Source: Octopus sinensis
Taxonomy: Eukaryota
DNA: 64,000 bases
Direction of reading: 5' to 3'
Assembly (NCBI RefSeq): GCF_006345805.1
Contig: NC_043014.1
Span: forward strand, 36,394,001 to 36,458,000
Shown here: one piece after another, positions 1-13,563 of the stretch
Position numbering within the stretch: the stretch's first letter is position 1
Layout: the number at the start of each line of letters is the position of its first letter
Program-made: the position numbers and the translations under genes
The notes under the pieces: model-generated
The model's database searches: none
Seen by the model: only the letters and a program-made list of their open reading frames with translations
What the model was told of the DNA's origin: nothing

Positions 1-528
1 GCAAAATACCAGGGGATGAAAATGGTAATATTGCCATCGATTCCATTTGTACCATTGTTAAGACGCCTTCTGATCTCAGAGATGCAGTGTTTCCAGATCT
101 ACAAGCTAATTATCAGAATATGGATTGGATTGGCAAAAAGGCTATACTGGCCCCGAGGAATAAAACTGTTCACCATATTAATGATGAAATGCTAAAACTC
201 ATTCCTGGGGAAGTCTATGTATATCAGGCTATCGATACAACTCCTGACCCAGAGGACGTCATCAACTATCCAATAGAGGTACTCAATTCCTTTGAGCACT
301 CCGGACTAACACCACACTTTCTAAAACTTAAAGTTGGTGCCCCTATAATGCTCATCAGAAATTTGGTTTCCCCAAAACAATACAATGGCACACGTTTGAT
401 CGTTAAGTCCTTATCTTCCACCGTAAGCTTATATCAATATTTGCCTGAATAATCATCATAATTCAGTGCAATCATTAACTGTATTTTCAAGCAATTCAGC
501 CCCGAGCAACGCCGGGCAATTCTGCTAG
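1..528 (+). mobile_element. Helitron 3' fragment (PIF1-like helicase C-terminal part plus 3' terminus)
   Basis: ORF 87-452 (KAILAPRN...LKLKVGAPIMLIRNL...NGTRL) is typical Helitron helicase. It is followed by the subterminal hairpin ccccgagcaacgccggg and ends CTAG at 525-528 before a T. Confidence 0.9.
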
Positions 529-947
529 TCTTATGATAAAAGGCAGATTTCCTCTGCCTCCCAAATCGTTCGTTTTTTATACAATTGTACAATATAGAAT
601 TTCTTCAATTGGAATTTACCTATGATTTTTCTAAGTAGATTCCATTGGGTCATGGCATATAAAGTTTTTTCAATTTGACCCCCAATTTAGCAAAAATTCG
701 AGACAACTCAATATTTTACGATTTGCCTCTCTCATTTCAAGTGCTTCACTCCTTCCATTACCACTACACTTTCTCCTCCTTTCTCTTTGCAAGTGTGCAA
801 CAATTAAAATGAAAGTATTTATATAACAGGGATGAGTCATTAATACTGGTCGTTATTTTGCTAGAGGAAGATCCGCTATGGTCTTATATGCTACACCACT
901 GCTTTTCAATTCATATTAATCAAATTAATATTCAATTTTTCACCCTT

Positions 948-982
<35 letters not shown>

Positions 983-1619
983 TAGCAATTTGTATAAAAT
1001 TGCATCAATGACTTGAACTTGAATAAGTGCTTTCACATAAATGGGGATAAATTAAAAAGGTTTGTTGTTATTATTATTACTGTTTAACTATTGTAATCAC
1101 GTTTCTTGGTTCCTCGTCAGGGAAACGTTGTTGTGTTGCATTTGTTAAATAATTGTAAACCGCAACCCTCCCCCTTTCGGAGAAGGGGCTTTGGTTATTG
1201 TTTAAAAATTGAATTGTGTCCCTCTTTGGGGAAATTGACAATATTTTTACTGTCTTTACGGAAGCATTTTTGTTAAAATGCCTTCGATAGAAGAAAGTCC
1301 AAAAATGAATTTCGCTGCAGCCGTACACTTCTATACAAGAGGGAGGACAAGATCCAATTGATCGAAATTGCAAGAGACGGGCCTACAATTCCAGTCTGTT
1401 ATATATTTTGTGTATTGTTATCACTATCGATATCAAGATATAACTTTGTATTTTGTATTTTATGTGTAGATGTATATATATATATAGATGTACATGTAAT
1501 ATGTACTCATATATATATACACATATATACATGCATAATATATCTACCCATACACACACACACACACACACTCACACACACACATACATAGGGGCAGGTG
1601 TGGTTGTGTGGTAACAAAC

Positions 1620-2960
1620 TACGTTCGAAGATACTGTACTTGATATGGGCGGTAGTGCCTTGCCGGTCTATGGCCTACCTTCAACAAACCGGGAAGGCAC
1701 ACACACTCTGTCTTCACATTTGCTGCGTGAGACATGTTTTAATATTGACGAGCTTGCCGAGTACATAGTCGACAATGAGCCAAAGCTCCTTCCAGAACAG
1801 AAGTTCGCTTACAACTCCGTTGTTAATTCAGTCCGGGCCAAAGCTGGGGGGATTTTTTTCCTGGACGCTCCTGGGGGCACTGGGAAAACTTTTGTCAACA
1901 AATTAATATTGGCTGAGATTAGGCGAACACAAGACATTGCCCTAGCTGTGGCATCATCTGGAATTGCGGCTACTTTGTTGCCAGGCGGCAGGACAGTTCA
2001 CTCCACTTTCAAGCTCCCGCTTGACTTAGCAAAGACTGAGACACCAACTTGCAACATCAGTAACAGCTCCGATCAGGCAGAAGTCTTCAGACGATGCAAG
2101 CTTATCGTTTGGGATGAATGCACGATGGCCCACAGAGGTGCTCTTGAGGCACTAGATAGATCTCTCAGAGACATCAAACACTCTCAGCTCCCATGGGAGG
2201 CATAACACTTCTTGTTTCAGGGGACTTCCGGTAAACACTTCCCGTTATTCCCAAAGGGACTAGAGCTGATGCAGTAAGTGCGTGTCTTAAGTCATCCACA
2301 TTGTGGCCACTGGTGAAGACTCTCAAACTTCACACCAATATGCGTGCTCATATGCGACGTGATATCACATCAGCAGCATTTTCTCACACCCTCCTTGCAC
2401 TTGGCGAAGGCAAAATACCAGGGAATGAAAATGGTAATATTGCCATCGATTCCATTTGTACCATTGTTGAAATTCCTTCTGATCTCAGAGATGCAGTGTT
2501 CCCAGATCTACAAGCTAATTATCAGAATATGGATTGGATTGGCAAAAAGGCTATACTGGCCCCGAGGAATAAAACTGTTCACCATATTAATGATGAAAGC
2601 ACAAAAAACACAACAACGCGAGGACGTGGAACATTCCTGGGGATGTCTATGTATATAAGTCTATCGATACAACTCCTGACCCAGAAGACGTCAGCAACTA
2701 TCCAATAGAGGTACTCAATTCCTTTCACCCCACCCCCGGACTACCACCACACATTCTCAAACTTAAAGTTGGTGCCCCTATAATGCTCATTAGAAATTTG
2801 GTTTCCCCAAAACAATGCAATGGCACACGTTTGATCGTTAAGTCCTTATCTCCCACCATAAACTTATATTAATATTTGCCTGAATAATCATAATTCAGTG
2901 CAATCATTAACAGTACTTTCAAGCAATTCAGCCCCGAGCATCGCCGGGCAATTCTGCTAG
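1620..2960 (+). mobile_element. Helitron fragment with disrupted RepHel helicase and 3' terminus
   Basis: PIF1 motifs FFLDAPGGTGKTF, AVASSGIAATLLPGGRTVHSTFKLP and LIVWDEC in ORF 1645-2205, with frameshifts and stops downstream. 2409-2960 is a close copy of 1-528 with the same hairpin and CTAG|T end. The element may start as far left as 529. Confidence 0.9.
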
Positions 2961-2967
2961 TATATAT

Positions 2968-3170
2968 ATAAAGTTAATCCAAACAAGAAAGCACAAAAAA
3001 CACAACAACGCGAGGACGTGGAACAAATATAGTATTTTTGGACGTCCAGGAAAGAAGGAAAGAAGGAGGGTTTAACGTTTCGAGCGGAGCTCTTCATCGG
3101 AACCATAGGAGAAGGAAAGATCCAGGGAAGGGAAGACAGAGGGAAAAAATCGCCAACGGTACACACACAC
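2968..3170 (-). repeat. ~200-bp dispersed repeat carrying a minimal hammerhead-ribozyme-like core (Penelope/retrozyme-type)
   Basis: Minus strand 3070-3104 reads CCGAUGA-A-GAGC-UCC-GCUC-GAAA-CGUU-AAAC. Family members also occur at 32370, 37590 and 58460. It is flanked by (TA)n/(CA)n. Confidence 0.65.
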
Positions 3171-3459
3171 ATATATATATATATGTATGTATATGTGTGT
3201 GTGTTTTACAATAAACAGGGTAGTTTACACATATATACGATATTACTAAGGCCCCTATGAAGAGGTTTTGAGGGAAATATTCACCTCTTACTAAATTCAT
3301 ATTCTGACTCTCATACATGATTGTACATAAATTACACCCATGCTCCGCTCACATGCTTTGAAGTCCACCTCATACACCTCGATATGTACACTCACATAAA
3401 CATGCATACCTCTATATTTTCATGCACGTATCTACACGTATATACATAGATATATACAT

Positions 3460-3504
<45 letters not shown>

Positions 3505-3857
3505 CATATCAAAGTAAATAAATGGTACAACGAAGTACCGATATTTACTGGAAAATAGCGAGCGTAATAAATACGACGCTATTGTATAGCTTCAATGCGT
3601 ATATACTAGTAAAGACGTGTGTGTGCAACAAACATGAAAAAAATTTGTCTTACCTCTAGGAAGAACATCTGAAAAATGAAAAATCTAGAAACGGATAATG
3701 CAGTACCAGTTTCAGACTCTTCAAATACGTTTGCCATCGTAGATTTGATTTGTCTTCATCAGCTGCATATACCTCGACAATATATATATATATATATACA
3801 TGTGTGTATGTGTGTGTGTGTCTGTGCTCATACACGCGTATATATTTTCTAATATAA

Positions 3858-3904
<47 letters not shown>

Positions 3905-3905
<1 letters not shown>

Positions 3906-4412
3906 ACGACCATAAGGCCCCCCCCCGTACAACGGACGGTGCTGAGTTGTCAAACATTTAAACAAAATTTTCTCTAAACAACTTATCCGACCGACCCATA
4001 GGCCTCCCCTTTTAGAAACACTGATTTAACCTAAATTAAGGCAAATAAAATACACTTCTTGAAAAATCAAATAGTCTTTTCTTCCTTCATGGCAAGTTTG
4101 AAGAAAATATCTCTTTTGCTTCTTACATTTTTGGTCTCTTAAATATACTGCATTATGTGGCATTTTGTCAAGACAGCCGGTTTTTTGGCGAAAACTGCAC
4201 GTGCATTTTTCTCACGTACAGCTGATATACTTGCGCGTACAAATGCACATTCCCACGGCTTTATCGATCGCATCCTCACCTGGAATCGATTTTAGTAACT
4301 TTTTTCAAGATTTATACACGCCCTGCTACCGTTGGTATCTACATATCAAATTTGAGCGCAATCGGATGGAGGATGCCCGAGATCCTAGAAGACACACAGA
4401 CAGAACGGATTT

Positions 4413-4420
<8 letters not shown>
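3905..4420. mobile_element. Probable non-autonomous Helitron/Helentron-like repeat
   Basis: Non-coding element between (TA)n tracts, ending catatcaaatttgagcgcaatcgg...cacacagacagaacggattttatata. This style resembles DINE-1/HINE-type elements; the classification is from memory only. Confidence 0.35.
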
Positions 4421-4481
<61 letters not shown>

Positions 4482-4484
<3 letters not shown>

Positions 4485-4882
4485 GGCGTAGGAGTAGCTG
4501 TGTAGTAAGTAGCTTGCTTACTAACTACATGGTTCCGAGTTCAGTCCCACTACGAGACATCTTGGGCAAGTGTCTTCTTCTATAGCCTCGGGCCGACCAA
4601 ATCCTTGTGAGTGGATTTGGTAGACAGAAACTGAAAGAATCCCGTCGTATATATGTATATATGTATATGTATATGTATGTGTTTATATGTTTGTGTGTCT
4701 GTGTTTGCCCCCACCCCACCCGATGCTAGTGTGTTTACGTCCCCGTCACCTAGCGGTTCGGCGAAGGAGACCGATAGAATAAGTACTAGACTCACAAAAA
4801 ATAAGTCCTGGGGTCGATTTGCTCGACTAAAAGGCAGTGCTCCAGCATGGCCGCAGTCAAATGACTGAAACAAGTAAAAGAG
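4482..4882 (+). mobile_element. tRNA-derived SINE (octopus-type, internal microsatellite)
   Basis: Degenerate tRNA-like head (tagctgtgtagtaag...ccgagttcagtccc), internal (TA)/(TG) tract and conserved tail ...ggccgcagtcaaatgactgaaacaagtaaaagag. The same family recurs at 19040, 24500, 46430 and 50960. Confidence 0.85.
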
Positions 4883-4918
<36 letters not shown>

Positions 4919-5984
4919 TACACATACACACACACATATATGCACAATAGGTACATATATTTACGCATACACATGCAAACTTTTACATATTTATGCACAT
5001 ACATATCTATTTGCAAGTTCACCTAGACATATCGCTACTGATATCTACACACACCTATATGTAGTTGTCATAGATATAAGCGCATTACGGATATTAATTG
5101 CTATCGATAGACATACATATTCATGTTTCTTGAATATATAATGGTTACTCATTCTCATTGACGACTCGAAAGTCAGACTCATCCGGTTCATCTGGTTACA
5201 TTGTGTTCTCATTACTGAGTGTATCTCTAATTAAAAAATTAAAGAAAATGCTCGTGTAAAATTAATACAATCAAAGAAAACAAGTACATAAAGACAGGTT
5301 TTACGTCGTAGAAATAATGATGTCCATTTCCCTCGGATAGTGTATTAATCCGCATAATTGAATACAATGTACCAAACAACGCTCTCTATAGCCAGGCAAA
5401 TCTAGTAATTTCCACAAGCTGTGTCAATGTCTCCAGATATCAAAGAAATCGCGAAGGAAGTTGGGAATGGATGCGTTTAACATTCTGGCTAATCAATCCC
5501 ATATCCAATAGCAGTTCAATAGTTCTTGCAAAATGTTTTTTCTAAAACAATGGTGAAATCTAATAATTATTACGGAATGTTTATTAATAATGTTGTCCTT
5601 ACATTATAATATCCAGTTGGGGGTAATTTCGATACAGAAGTACAATCCTGATCATCTCCATCATAAGGAAAGGCTGCCTACAGTAATGAACAAAAGAATG
5701 AGCATCTTACATTGTCTTTATTGAGGTGACAAATTTGTCCTTTCATTTAAGGTGTTTCGTTCTTATTCTGGAATGAAGAAATGATGCTTTTCCATCAATT
5801 ATCGAAGTGATCCTCTGTCATACCTGTATACTGGTATATATTGCCTTGTGTTTGACAGAACATTGATGTGCTATGTCTCTACGTAGACATTTATTTTCAA
5901 AAGGGCGCTTATGACTATCATTACTTTTAGCATAACAACTACAGTTATATCCTCTATTTGACTATTACTAATTATACTACTAGT

Positions 5985-6290
5985 GGAGGCATGTGGCCTA
6001 GTGGTTAGAGGAGTGGACTCATAGTCGAGGGATCGCGGGTTCGAATCTCAGACCGGGTGATGAGTGTTTATGAGCGAAACACATATGCTCCACGAGGCTC
6101 CGGCAGAAGGTAATGGCGAACTTCTGCTGACACTTTCGCCACAACTTTCTCTCACTCTTCCCTCCTGCATCTTGCAGCTCACCTGCGACGGACCGACGTC
6201 CCATCCAGGTGGGGAACCTATACGCCAAGGAAACCGGGAAACCGGCCCTTATGAGCCAGGCGTGGCTCGAGAAGGAACAAACAACAACAA
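5985..6290 (+). mobile_element. tRNA-derived SINE with well-preserved Pol III A/B boxes
   Basis: A-box TGGCCTAGTGG and B-box GGTTCGAATC, followed by ~230 bp of non-tRNA body and an (AAC)n tail. Confidence 0.8.
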
Positions 6291-6429
6291 TTATACTACT
6301 ATCTCTATGATATTACTGTCATTATTATAATATAATTAACACTGTTACTATTACAGTTCCTACTATTATTATTACAACAATTATTAATGTGCTTAGAGTT
6401 GGTACAATCGTTAGCACGCCTGAACAAAT

Positions 6430-6860
6430 TCTTATGGGTAACAATTGATTGAGCACTGGGATCGTTTTAATTGTCTAAGCCTCATCCACAAAATGCTTGA
6501 CCTTAGTCCAGTTGTAGAAAGGACCATTACTATCACTGTTAACATTATTACTATTACTGGTACTACTACCAAATCTAACGTCTGATTTACCTTCAATAGC
6601 TGTGTTGTTGTCACTTCAGGAAATTGTTCGTGTCTCGCACCTTATGTACCTGTACCTTGAGTCCTGGTCTATGTTGCAGACATATACATACTTGTAAATC
6701 GTTTGATTTATGGAACGGTATACATAATCCTACATTGAATCTTGATATATCTAGAAAATTAGCTGATCTGTAATCTGCTTCTATTGTGATTGATAGACCA
6801 TGATTTCGAAAGAGTTTAAATAATATTTTCCAATACATTTCTACTTCTGCTACACTACAC
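6430..6860 (-). mobile_element. Penelope-like element fragment (late RT region)
   Basis: Minus ORF KLFRNHGLSITIEADYRSANFLDI matches the PLE RT C-terminal pattern. It is homologous to 35.7-36.85 kb. Confidence 0.6.
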
Positions 6861-6942
6861 CTATAAACAGAAAAGAGATTGTCATTCCCCTATATACTAT
6901 CACTAACATAGGAAAAACTGATTCTAGTTGGAAAAAGATAGA

Positions 6943-8180
6943 TACGAGGGGCGTTCAATAAGTAATGCCCCTGACCCACTTCCCATAGCAGTAGAGCAAC
7001 GAAACTTGGCACAGTTATTAGTCTGTTTCTACATAGGAACCACCCAGAGTTACGCATTTCTCCCATCGTTTGATGCGGCTCTGGAGACCGTTTTTGTAGA
7101 AGAACCCAGCTTGGTCCTCCAACCTCAACGTGACTTTAGAAATCAAGGCTGCCTCATCTTGGAAACGCTTTCCTTTCAAAAACAACTTCATGATTGGGAA
7201 GAGGTGAAAATCAGAGGGTGCAAGGTCAGGAAAGTAGGGAGGAGTTCATAGCCATACGCCTGTGCTTCTGATCTGGTGACAAGCGAGTTGTGGACCGGAG
7301 CGTTGTCCTGCAGGAGGAGGATGCCTTTGCTGATCTTGCCCCGCCTCTTGATTTTGATAACTTAATTTCCTCAAAAGTGAAGCATAATAGGCTCCTGCAA
7401 TTGTGGTACCCTTTGCCAGGAAATCTGTCATCACTACTCCGTCCTGGTCCCAGAAGACTGTGAGCATGACCTTGCCAGCGGAGGGCTGCACCCTTGCCTT
7501 CTTTGGAGGAGGTGAGTCACGGTGCTTCCACTGCATTGACTGGGCTTTGGTCTCTGGATCATCATGATTGACCCAGGTTTCATCCTGTGTAATCAGTCTT
7601 TTGAAAAATTTTGACTCATCTTCTTGGCACATCTCCAAATTCACCCTCGAGCACTCGACGCGTTCTTGCTTCTGGAAAGGCGTGAGCAACCTGGGAATCC
7701 ATCTGGCAGACACCTTTTGCATATGCAAATGGTCATGAATGATAGTTTCCACAGACCCGATACTAATCTTGACCTCATGGGCTGTTTGGCGAATAATTAT
7801 GCGTCGATCTTCCAAAATGGCAGCCTCAACTTGACGGACAGATGCCTCATCAATGGCAGAAGGGGGCGACCAGATCTGGGAGCTGTTTCCACAGAGTTCC
7901 GACCATGTTTGAATTCACAATGCCAGCGTTTTACAAGGTCATATGATGGGGCATCATCACCATAAGTTACTTTCATTTCATCAAAAGTCTCCCGTGGTGT
8001 GCGTCCTTTCAAATACAAAAACCGGATCACTGCTCGACACTGAACAGGCTCCATTTCACACTTGACTCAGTTCAAACACCTGTAAATCAGAAACCACAAT
8101 TAATTCAGAGCTGTAATTTGCCACTTACTCTATAGAGATATAAATGACTGCACATGCAAAATTTCAATGTACTTGCCTAT
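6943..8180 (-). mobile_element. mariner transposon, frameshifted transposase, one TIR lost
   Basis: TA followed by TIR cgaggggcgttcaataagtaatgcccctga at 6945. The transposase runs 8054->7018 with WIPRLL, QDETW and LLQDNAP motifs split by frameshifts. Confidence 0.92.
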
Positions 8181-8429
8181 AGGTGAAAATATGTACGCGT
8201 ATGTACACATATATATATATTGCACGCGCACACACATTCATATAATATGTTTTCAATATCAGAAATGAATGAGCAGTAACTGGAGAAAGCACTCAATATA
8301 TGGTGTTGAATCAAATATTTATTTCCGGAAAATGTGATTTGATTGCGACATGTAAGTGTTGCACAAGGGGTTCATCAGTTAGTAACCTGCAAAAAGGGAA
8401 GCGTTTTCAATTTAGAAAGTATGTATGTA

Positions 8430-11360
8430 TGTTTCTTCATCCCGCAAGGTGTCCAACAAAACCCTCCTCACCAAGCAAGCCTGGTGGGGTTGCAAGTTTA
8501 GTCGCCGACGATCCGACCACGCGATACATTTTGCTGGATTACAGGTTACCAGTAGCACTGAAGACCGACCTGTTTAAGCAGAAAAATAGATATAAAACCA
8601 CCTGGATGCACCCAAGATCTAAGCACTGGCATCTCATAAATTATATTCTGATCAGGAGAACGTGGTATGAAATACGTTTCTAGCGTTCGTGTCATGAGAG
8701 AACTGACAGAGAACTGGACTGACCATCATCTACTCCGTGGAAAAATAGATTTTTCGATAATGCCTAAAAATCGACAGTCTGGTCCTAAAGTATCCAAAAA
8801 GTTAAATGTTGCAAAATTTAAATTATCAAGCAACTTGCAAAGATTCCACAATACTATAATAGAAACAATCTATGGATGACTTCAAAACAAAATTATTTCA
8901 GTCTGCAAATCCGTCAGTGGGATTTAATCTCATAAATCCAGTGACTGGTTCTCAGATCAGCAGAAATTCATGATCTACTGTTAGAAAAACAAAACTTAGG
9001 CAATACAATTCTTTCTCAGTTCTTGAACCCCAACTCAAACGAAACTTACAGAAAGCTGTAAAGGAAGGTGTAGATTGCTCTAAGGAAAATTAAACAGAAA
9101 TGGTGAAATGATAGAACAAAAGGGTACAAGGAGCAGCTGATAGAAATGATGCCAAGGGTTTGTACTCTCATGTTAAGGCGGTATATGGCCCAAAATCTTC
9201 TTCAATAGCTCCAGTGAGAACAGAAAATGTTTTTCTTCTGACTGATATCACTTCTATTCATAAGCACTGGGTAGAACATGTTTCTGCACTTTTGAATTGA
9301 CCGTCATCTGCTGACATGAGGACGATAGAAAAAAATTGAACATCTTCCAGTTATAGAAGAGATGGCATTTGAACCAACTCTAAATGACATTTATTTAGCT
9401 GTGAATAAGCTGAATAACAATAAGTCTCCAGGGTCTGATGGAATCTGTGCAGAAATCTTGAAATATGGGGGTGATAAAATGTATGAACTCTTAAATATAT
9501 TAATTTGTCACTGTTGGAGAACTGATAAAGGGCCTCAAGACTGGACTGATGCCATTTTAGTATCTTTGTATAAATCGGGGCCAAAGGATCTGTGTGGTAA
9601 TTTTCGTGGGATTTCGCTTTTGGCTGTGGTTGGAAAGGTACTTGCCCACATTTTCTTAGAACGTTTAAATACCTTTATAGTTCCAAACATAGTGTCTGAG
9701 TCTCAGTGTGGTTTTCGTTCCTCTAGGGTCACAGCTGATTGTATCTTTACTGTCAGACAATTATAAGTGCATTGAACAGAATCTTGCTCTATACCATTGC
9801 TTTGTTGATTTGAGCAAAGCATTCTATACTGTTAATCGAAATGCTCTGTGGTTAATTCTAAGGAAAATAGGTTGCCCAGAAAAATAAACAAGGTCAGGGC
9901 TTCCATCAAGATATGAAAGCTAGAGTTAATTTTGGTGGTAGGCTCTCTGAATCTTTTGCTCTAGAAAATGGAGTAAAGCAAGGAGATATTGATGCACCCA
10001 CCCTCTTTACAATATACTTTCTGTTGTGTTGTCATATGCTTTTCAAAACTCTGAGGAGGGTATTTACATAAAATATTGAACAACAGGGAATGTTTTTAAT
10101 CTGGCCAGACTGAAATTCAAAACGAAGGTTTTTACTTCACTCATTAGGGAACTATTGTATGCTGACGATTGCAATCTTGTCAGTCATTCTGAAACAGGTC
10201 TGCAATCTCTTGTATCTGTTTCTGATGATTTTGGCTTGACCATCAACTTGAAAAAAAACCGTTGTAATGCATCAATCTGCGTGTGGTGCTGTTAGCAACA
10301 CCACTAAAAGTTTTGTTAAGGGAAAGTTACTTGAGGTAGTCGATTCGCTCGCCTATCTTGGAAGCTCTGTTCAAAATGATGGAAATTTTGATACAGAAAC
10401 ACAGATGCGAATTCAAAGAGCAGCAAAAGCATTTGGTGGCTTGGAGTCACACGTTTAGTGCCAGCGACATATAAACAAGAATACAAGGCTGGCTCTTTAC
10501 AAATCATTTGCCTTACCATCCCTGTTGTATTCCTATGAAACTTGGGCTTGTTGTGAAAGACATTTTAAACTGTAAGAACAATTCCAGCAAAAATTCCTTC
10601 GTCGGATTTTAAAAATTGAATGGAGTTCTTTTACACAGATGTCCTTGCATCTGCAGGCATCACCTCAATTATAGCTATGATTTTGAGGAACCAGTTGAGA
10701 TGGTGTGGCCATATTGTTCGAATGGCTGATGAACGCATGCCAAAACAGCTGTTTTATGATGGGCTTGCAGAGGGGAAACGCTATCGGCCTAAACCTAAAA
10801 AGAAAGGTTTAAGGACGGCATAAGGACTACTATGAAGTCACTTGGATTGGTTCCAGAAGATATAGAAACCCTTGCTTCGGATCGAGTTGGATGGCGAACA
10901 AAGGTGGTGAGTGAAGTAAAAGCATTTGAAGCGGCCAGGATAACGCATGTAAGACCCAAAAGAGATGTAAGGAAGAATGTAACGATCGAGAAGGTGAATG
11001 ACAATGATCTTTTCGTGTGCACAGTCTGTGACAGACCATGCCTGTCTTTGGCTGGCCTCAAATCTCATCCGCGAACGCTTGAAAAACGAACATCCACCAA
11101 CTATTCTGACTATATCTCTGTGCACACTTTTGAATGCAGTGTATGCCAGATGGTTTGAAAATCCAACGGAGGCCTCAAAAGACATGTTAAAATCCACAAA
11201 CAGCAGAACTTATCTGCAGCTCTTGGTGGTCCTAATCAGAGGTGCAATCTATGTGGGTGTCTTTTCAGAACATTGTCTGGTTTAAAAACCACATCAGACG
11301 CCATGATGGCGCAAGGTGTAGGTACAGGAGGTGGTCAAACTCTGTATAAGGAGTAGAAAA
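8430..11360 (+). mobile_element. RTE-clade LINE, degraded, with three C-terminal C2H2 zinc fingers
   Basis: Endonuclease end KTTWMHPRSKHWHLINY, RT motifs KSPGSDGI, NFRGISLL, QCGFR and YADDC, and LRWCGHIVRM. There are many stops and frameshifts, and (TATG)n follows the 3' end. Confidence 0.9.
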
Positions 11361-12229
11361 CATACACCACCATGTATACATGCATGTATGTATGTATGTA
11401 TGTATGTATGTATGTACGTACGTATTTGACCCCAGCCAGCGCTTGACAACAAGTGTTGCTTGTATACAGCCCCAACTCATAGTGGTTCAGCAAAAGTGAC
11501 CGATCGAATTAGTACCAGACTTAAAGATAAGTAGTGAGGTTAATTTGTTCCGTATTTCAAGGTTGTGGCCGAGCATGGTCGCAGTCCAATGACTGGAACA
11601 AGTAAAGGATGTTATGGGATGTTCAGTGCTCCAATACCTTTGCTTGATGAATGCCAATCTAATCATTAAAGAAGGACGATGACAACAACAGTGAGATTTT
11701 TAAAAAGGCAATGTATTAAGCACAAATTAAGCAGAAACTAAATCAATAAGATTTTATACAAGGATAACAAAATCACAGAAGAAAACAAAATGAAAAATAT
11801 TTTACTAACCAGGTTGATTCTGTTTCTTTATATTTTTCGAGATCCTTAACGCAAATTGCTAATAAAAAGCATGTATGTTGCAAATGTTACAATCTTAGTC
11901 ATAATATTTGCATTATACAATTTTTCTGTAACAGAGAGAGAAAATATATTTCATTCTAATTTTGATACAAGGGCAGAAAGTTTGGAGGAGGGGAAATCCA
12001 TTACGTCGACTCCAGTACTCAACATTTACTTATTTTATCGACCCCGAAAAGATGAAAGACAAAGTCAAGCCGGACAAAATGCCGCTAAGCATTTTTGCGG
12101 CGTGCACACGATTCTGCCAGCTCGCCGCCACAGAAAACATAATCAAGGACATTGGGAATTTACCTAAACATGTGTAAACAATGAAAAACAAAAACTATAA
12201 CAACAGGAAAATTATAGCAACAAATTTCC

Positions 12230-12880
12230 CTACCAGAGAGAAATGCATCCAGAGGCAACCAAGGAACCCACAGATCCTGAGTCACCCTGCTCACCAGTAG
12301 TGTCATAGTAAATGCTTCTCTCTCCGCCGTGTTTCTCAAACTACAAGCTCACGCTTAGTCTAGGGCAATTCATCCACTGTCCAACGAATTTACTTGGAGG
12401 AAGCACCTCCTTTTGCATGTTTATTTTCGTTTCTAACTGGAACTTGAAAAGTCATGAGAGTTTACCACACGATCACTTTCGCCATGACCTCCTGGTAGAT
12501 GTAATAAACGAAAAGTGACAGGGCGATTTTCATTATATAAAATATAACCGGATCCATCTGGCAAATGATTGCGGCTGCTCCACGTAAATCTTCAAGACAG
12601 CGACGCTCAAGAATTGTACGATCGATTGAAGGACACTTTTATGGCGCGGTGTGCTCTTGAGCGGATGTGGCTAAAGGCAATGCCACGCTTGTAGGCTTTA
12701 CCCCGTATCGGCAGTATCTTACAATATCACTGCCAGGCGAAGGATTTTTAGAATTAAATCATAGACTCCGGCTCGAAAGTTCTTCGGACAAAACAAGTGT
12801 ATTGTTTTTCCTACGCCCTCAGATTTCCCTCGACGACGTCGTTGCTCTTATTCCCCAGTAATCATTTATAGATTGGTTTG
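12230..12880 (-). mobile_element. Tx1/L1-clade LINE 3' fragment
   Basis: Minus strand encodes KEVLPPSKFVGQWMN. It is homologous to the Tx1 C-terminal pieces at 33130-33520 and 27110-27463. Confidence 0.55.
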
Positions 12881-12949
12881 GTTACACGCAGTATATAACG
12901 TAGTATAACATTTTCGCCGTTGTTAGCCCAGACCATGTTCAAATTGACA

Positions 12950-13325
12950 ACAGTATCGATCTATTGCATTTCAATCTGTTTTAGGTTTAGGGTTAGTCAG
13001 GGTTAGGGTTTGGGGTGGGGGGAAGGGTATCTTTTTTTCTTCAGAAATGTAAATAATCCCAATCTGTTTCTTAAACGAGGGACAGATTCATACGGCACAG
13101 AATATTTTTTACCTCAATAGATGTCATTGATTGGTTGAAATTGCAGAAATTGAAGAAGAAAAAACAACAACAAATAACCTACAAACTATAGAATTGTCTC
13201 AATAAAGCCAAGAGAAAAAGATGTCTTATAAACACATTCTACCAGCATACGAAGTTTCAAAGTGTTCTGTTGCGTGGAAATTATTTTTAAAAAACTGCCG
13301 TTCAAACCGAAAAGATCCCGTACCG
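12950..13325. mobile_element. MITE at the left duplication boundary (left part differs from the junction copy)
   Basis: Right TIR aaaactgccgttcaaaccgaaaagatcccgtaccg is present. The body is ~95% identical to 39574-39918, but the sequence left of ~12950 does not match 39487-39567. Confidence 0.65.
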
Positions 13326-13563
13326 TTTCATTTCCAATCCCTTCTGCTTCACCAGTAAGTTACCTTGTGGTATGTGTAGCAGCAATCCAGACTGCTCGGG
13401 GAGTGGAGTAAATCCTTTTTTTTTCTGAACTGCCTCGATGACCTTACAATAAAGAAGGAGCTTCGATAAGGTAGAAATCCTGGTAAGCCTACCACTCCCG
13501 ACGATTCCCTTTGGCATGAATCAACCGAGTCGGAAGAATGCTTAGGAAGCTGTTCAAGCAGCT

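Noticed and set aside
1096-1130. Hammerhead-like CUGACGA...GAAAC on the minus strand
   Set aside because: Stem II cannot form properly (GGAACCAA) and the cleavage triplet would be GUG, so at best it is a dead relic.
5985-6060. Apparent tRNA gene
   Set aside because: It has A/B boxes but no complete cloverleaf or acceptor stem, and it continues into a SINE body and tail.
12980-13027. Interstitial telomere
   Set aside because: It contains only a few degenerate TTAGGG units, embedded in a MITE and present in both MITE copies.
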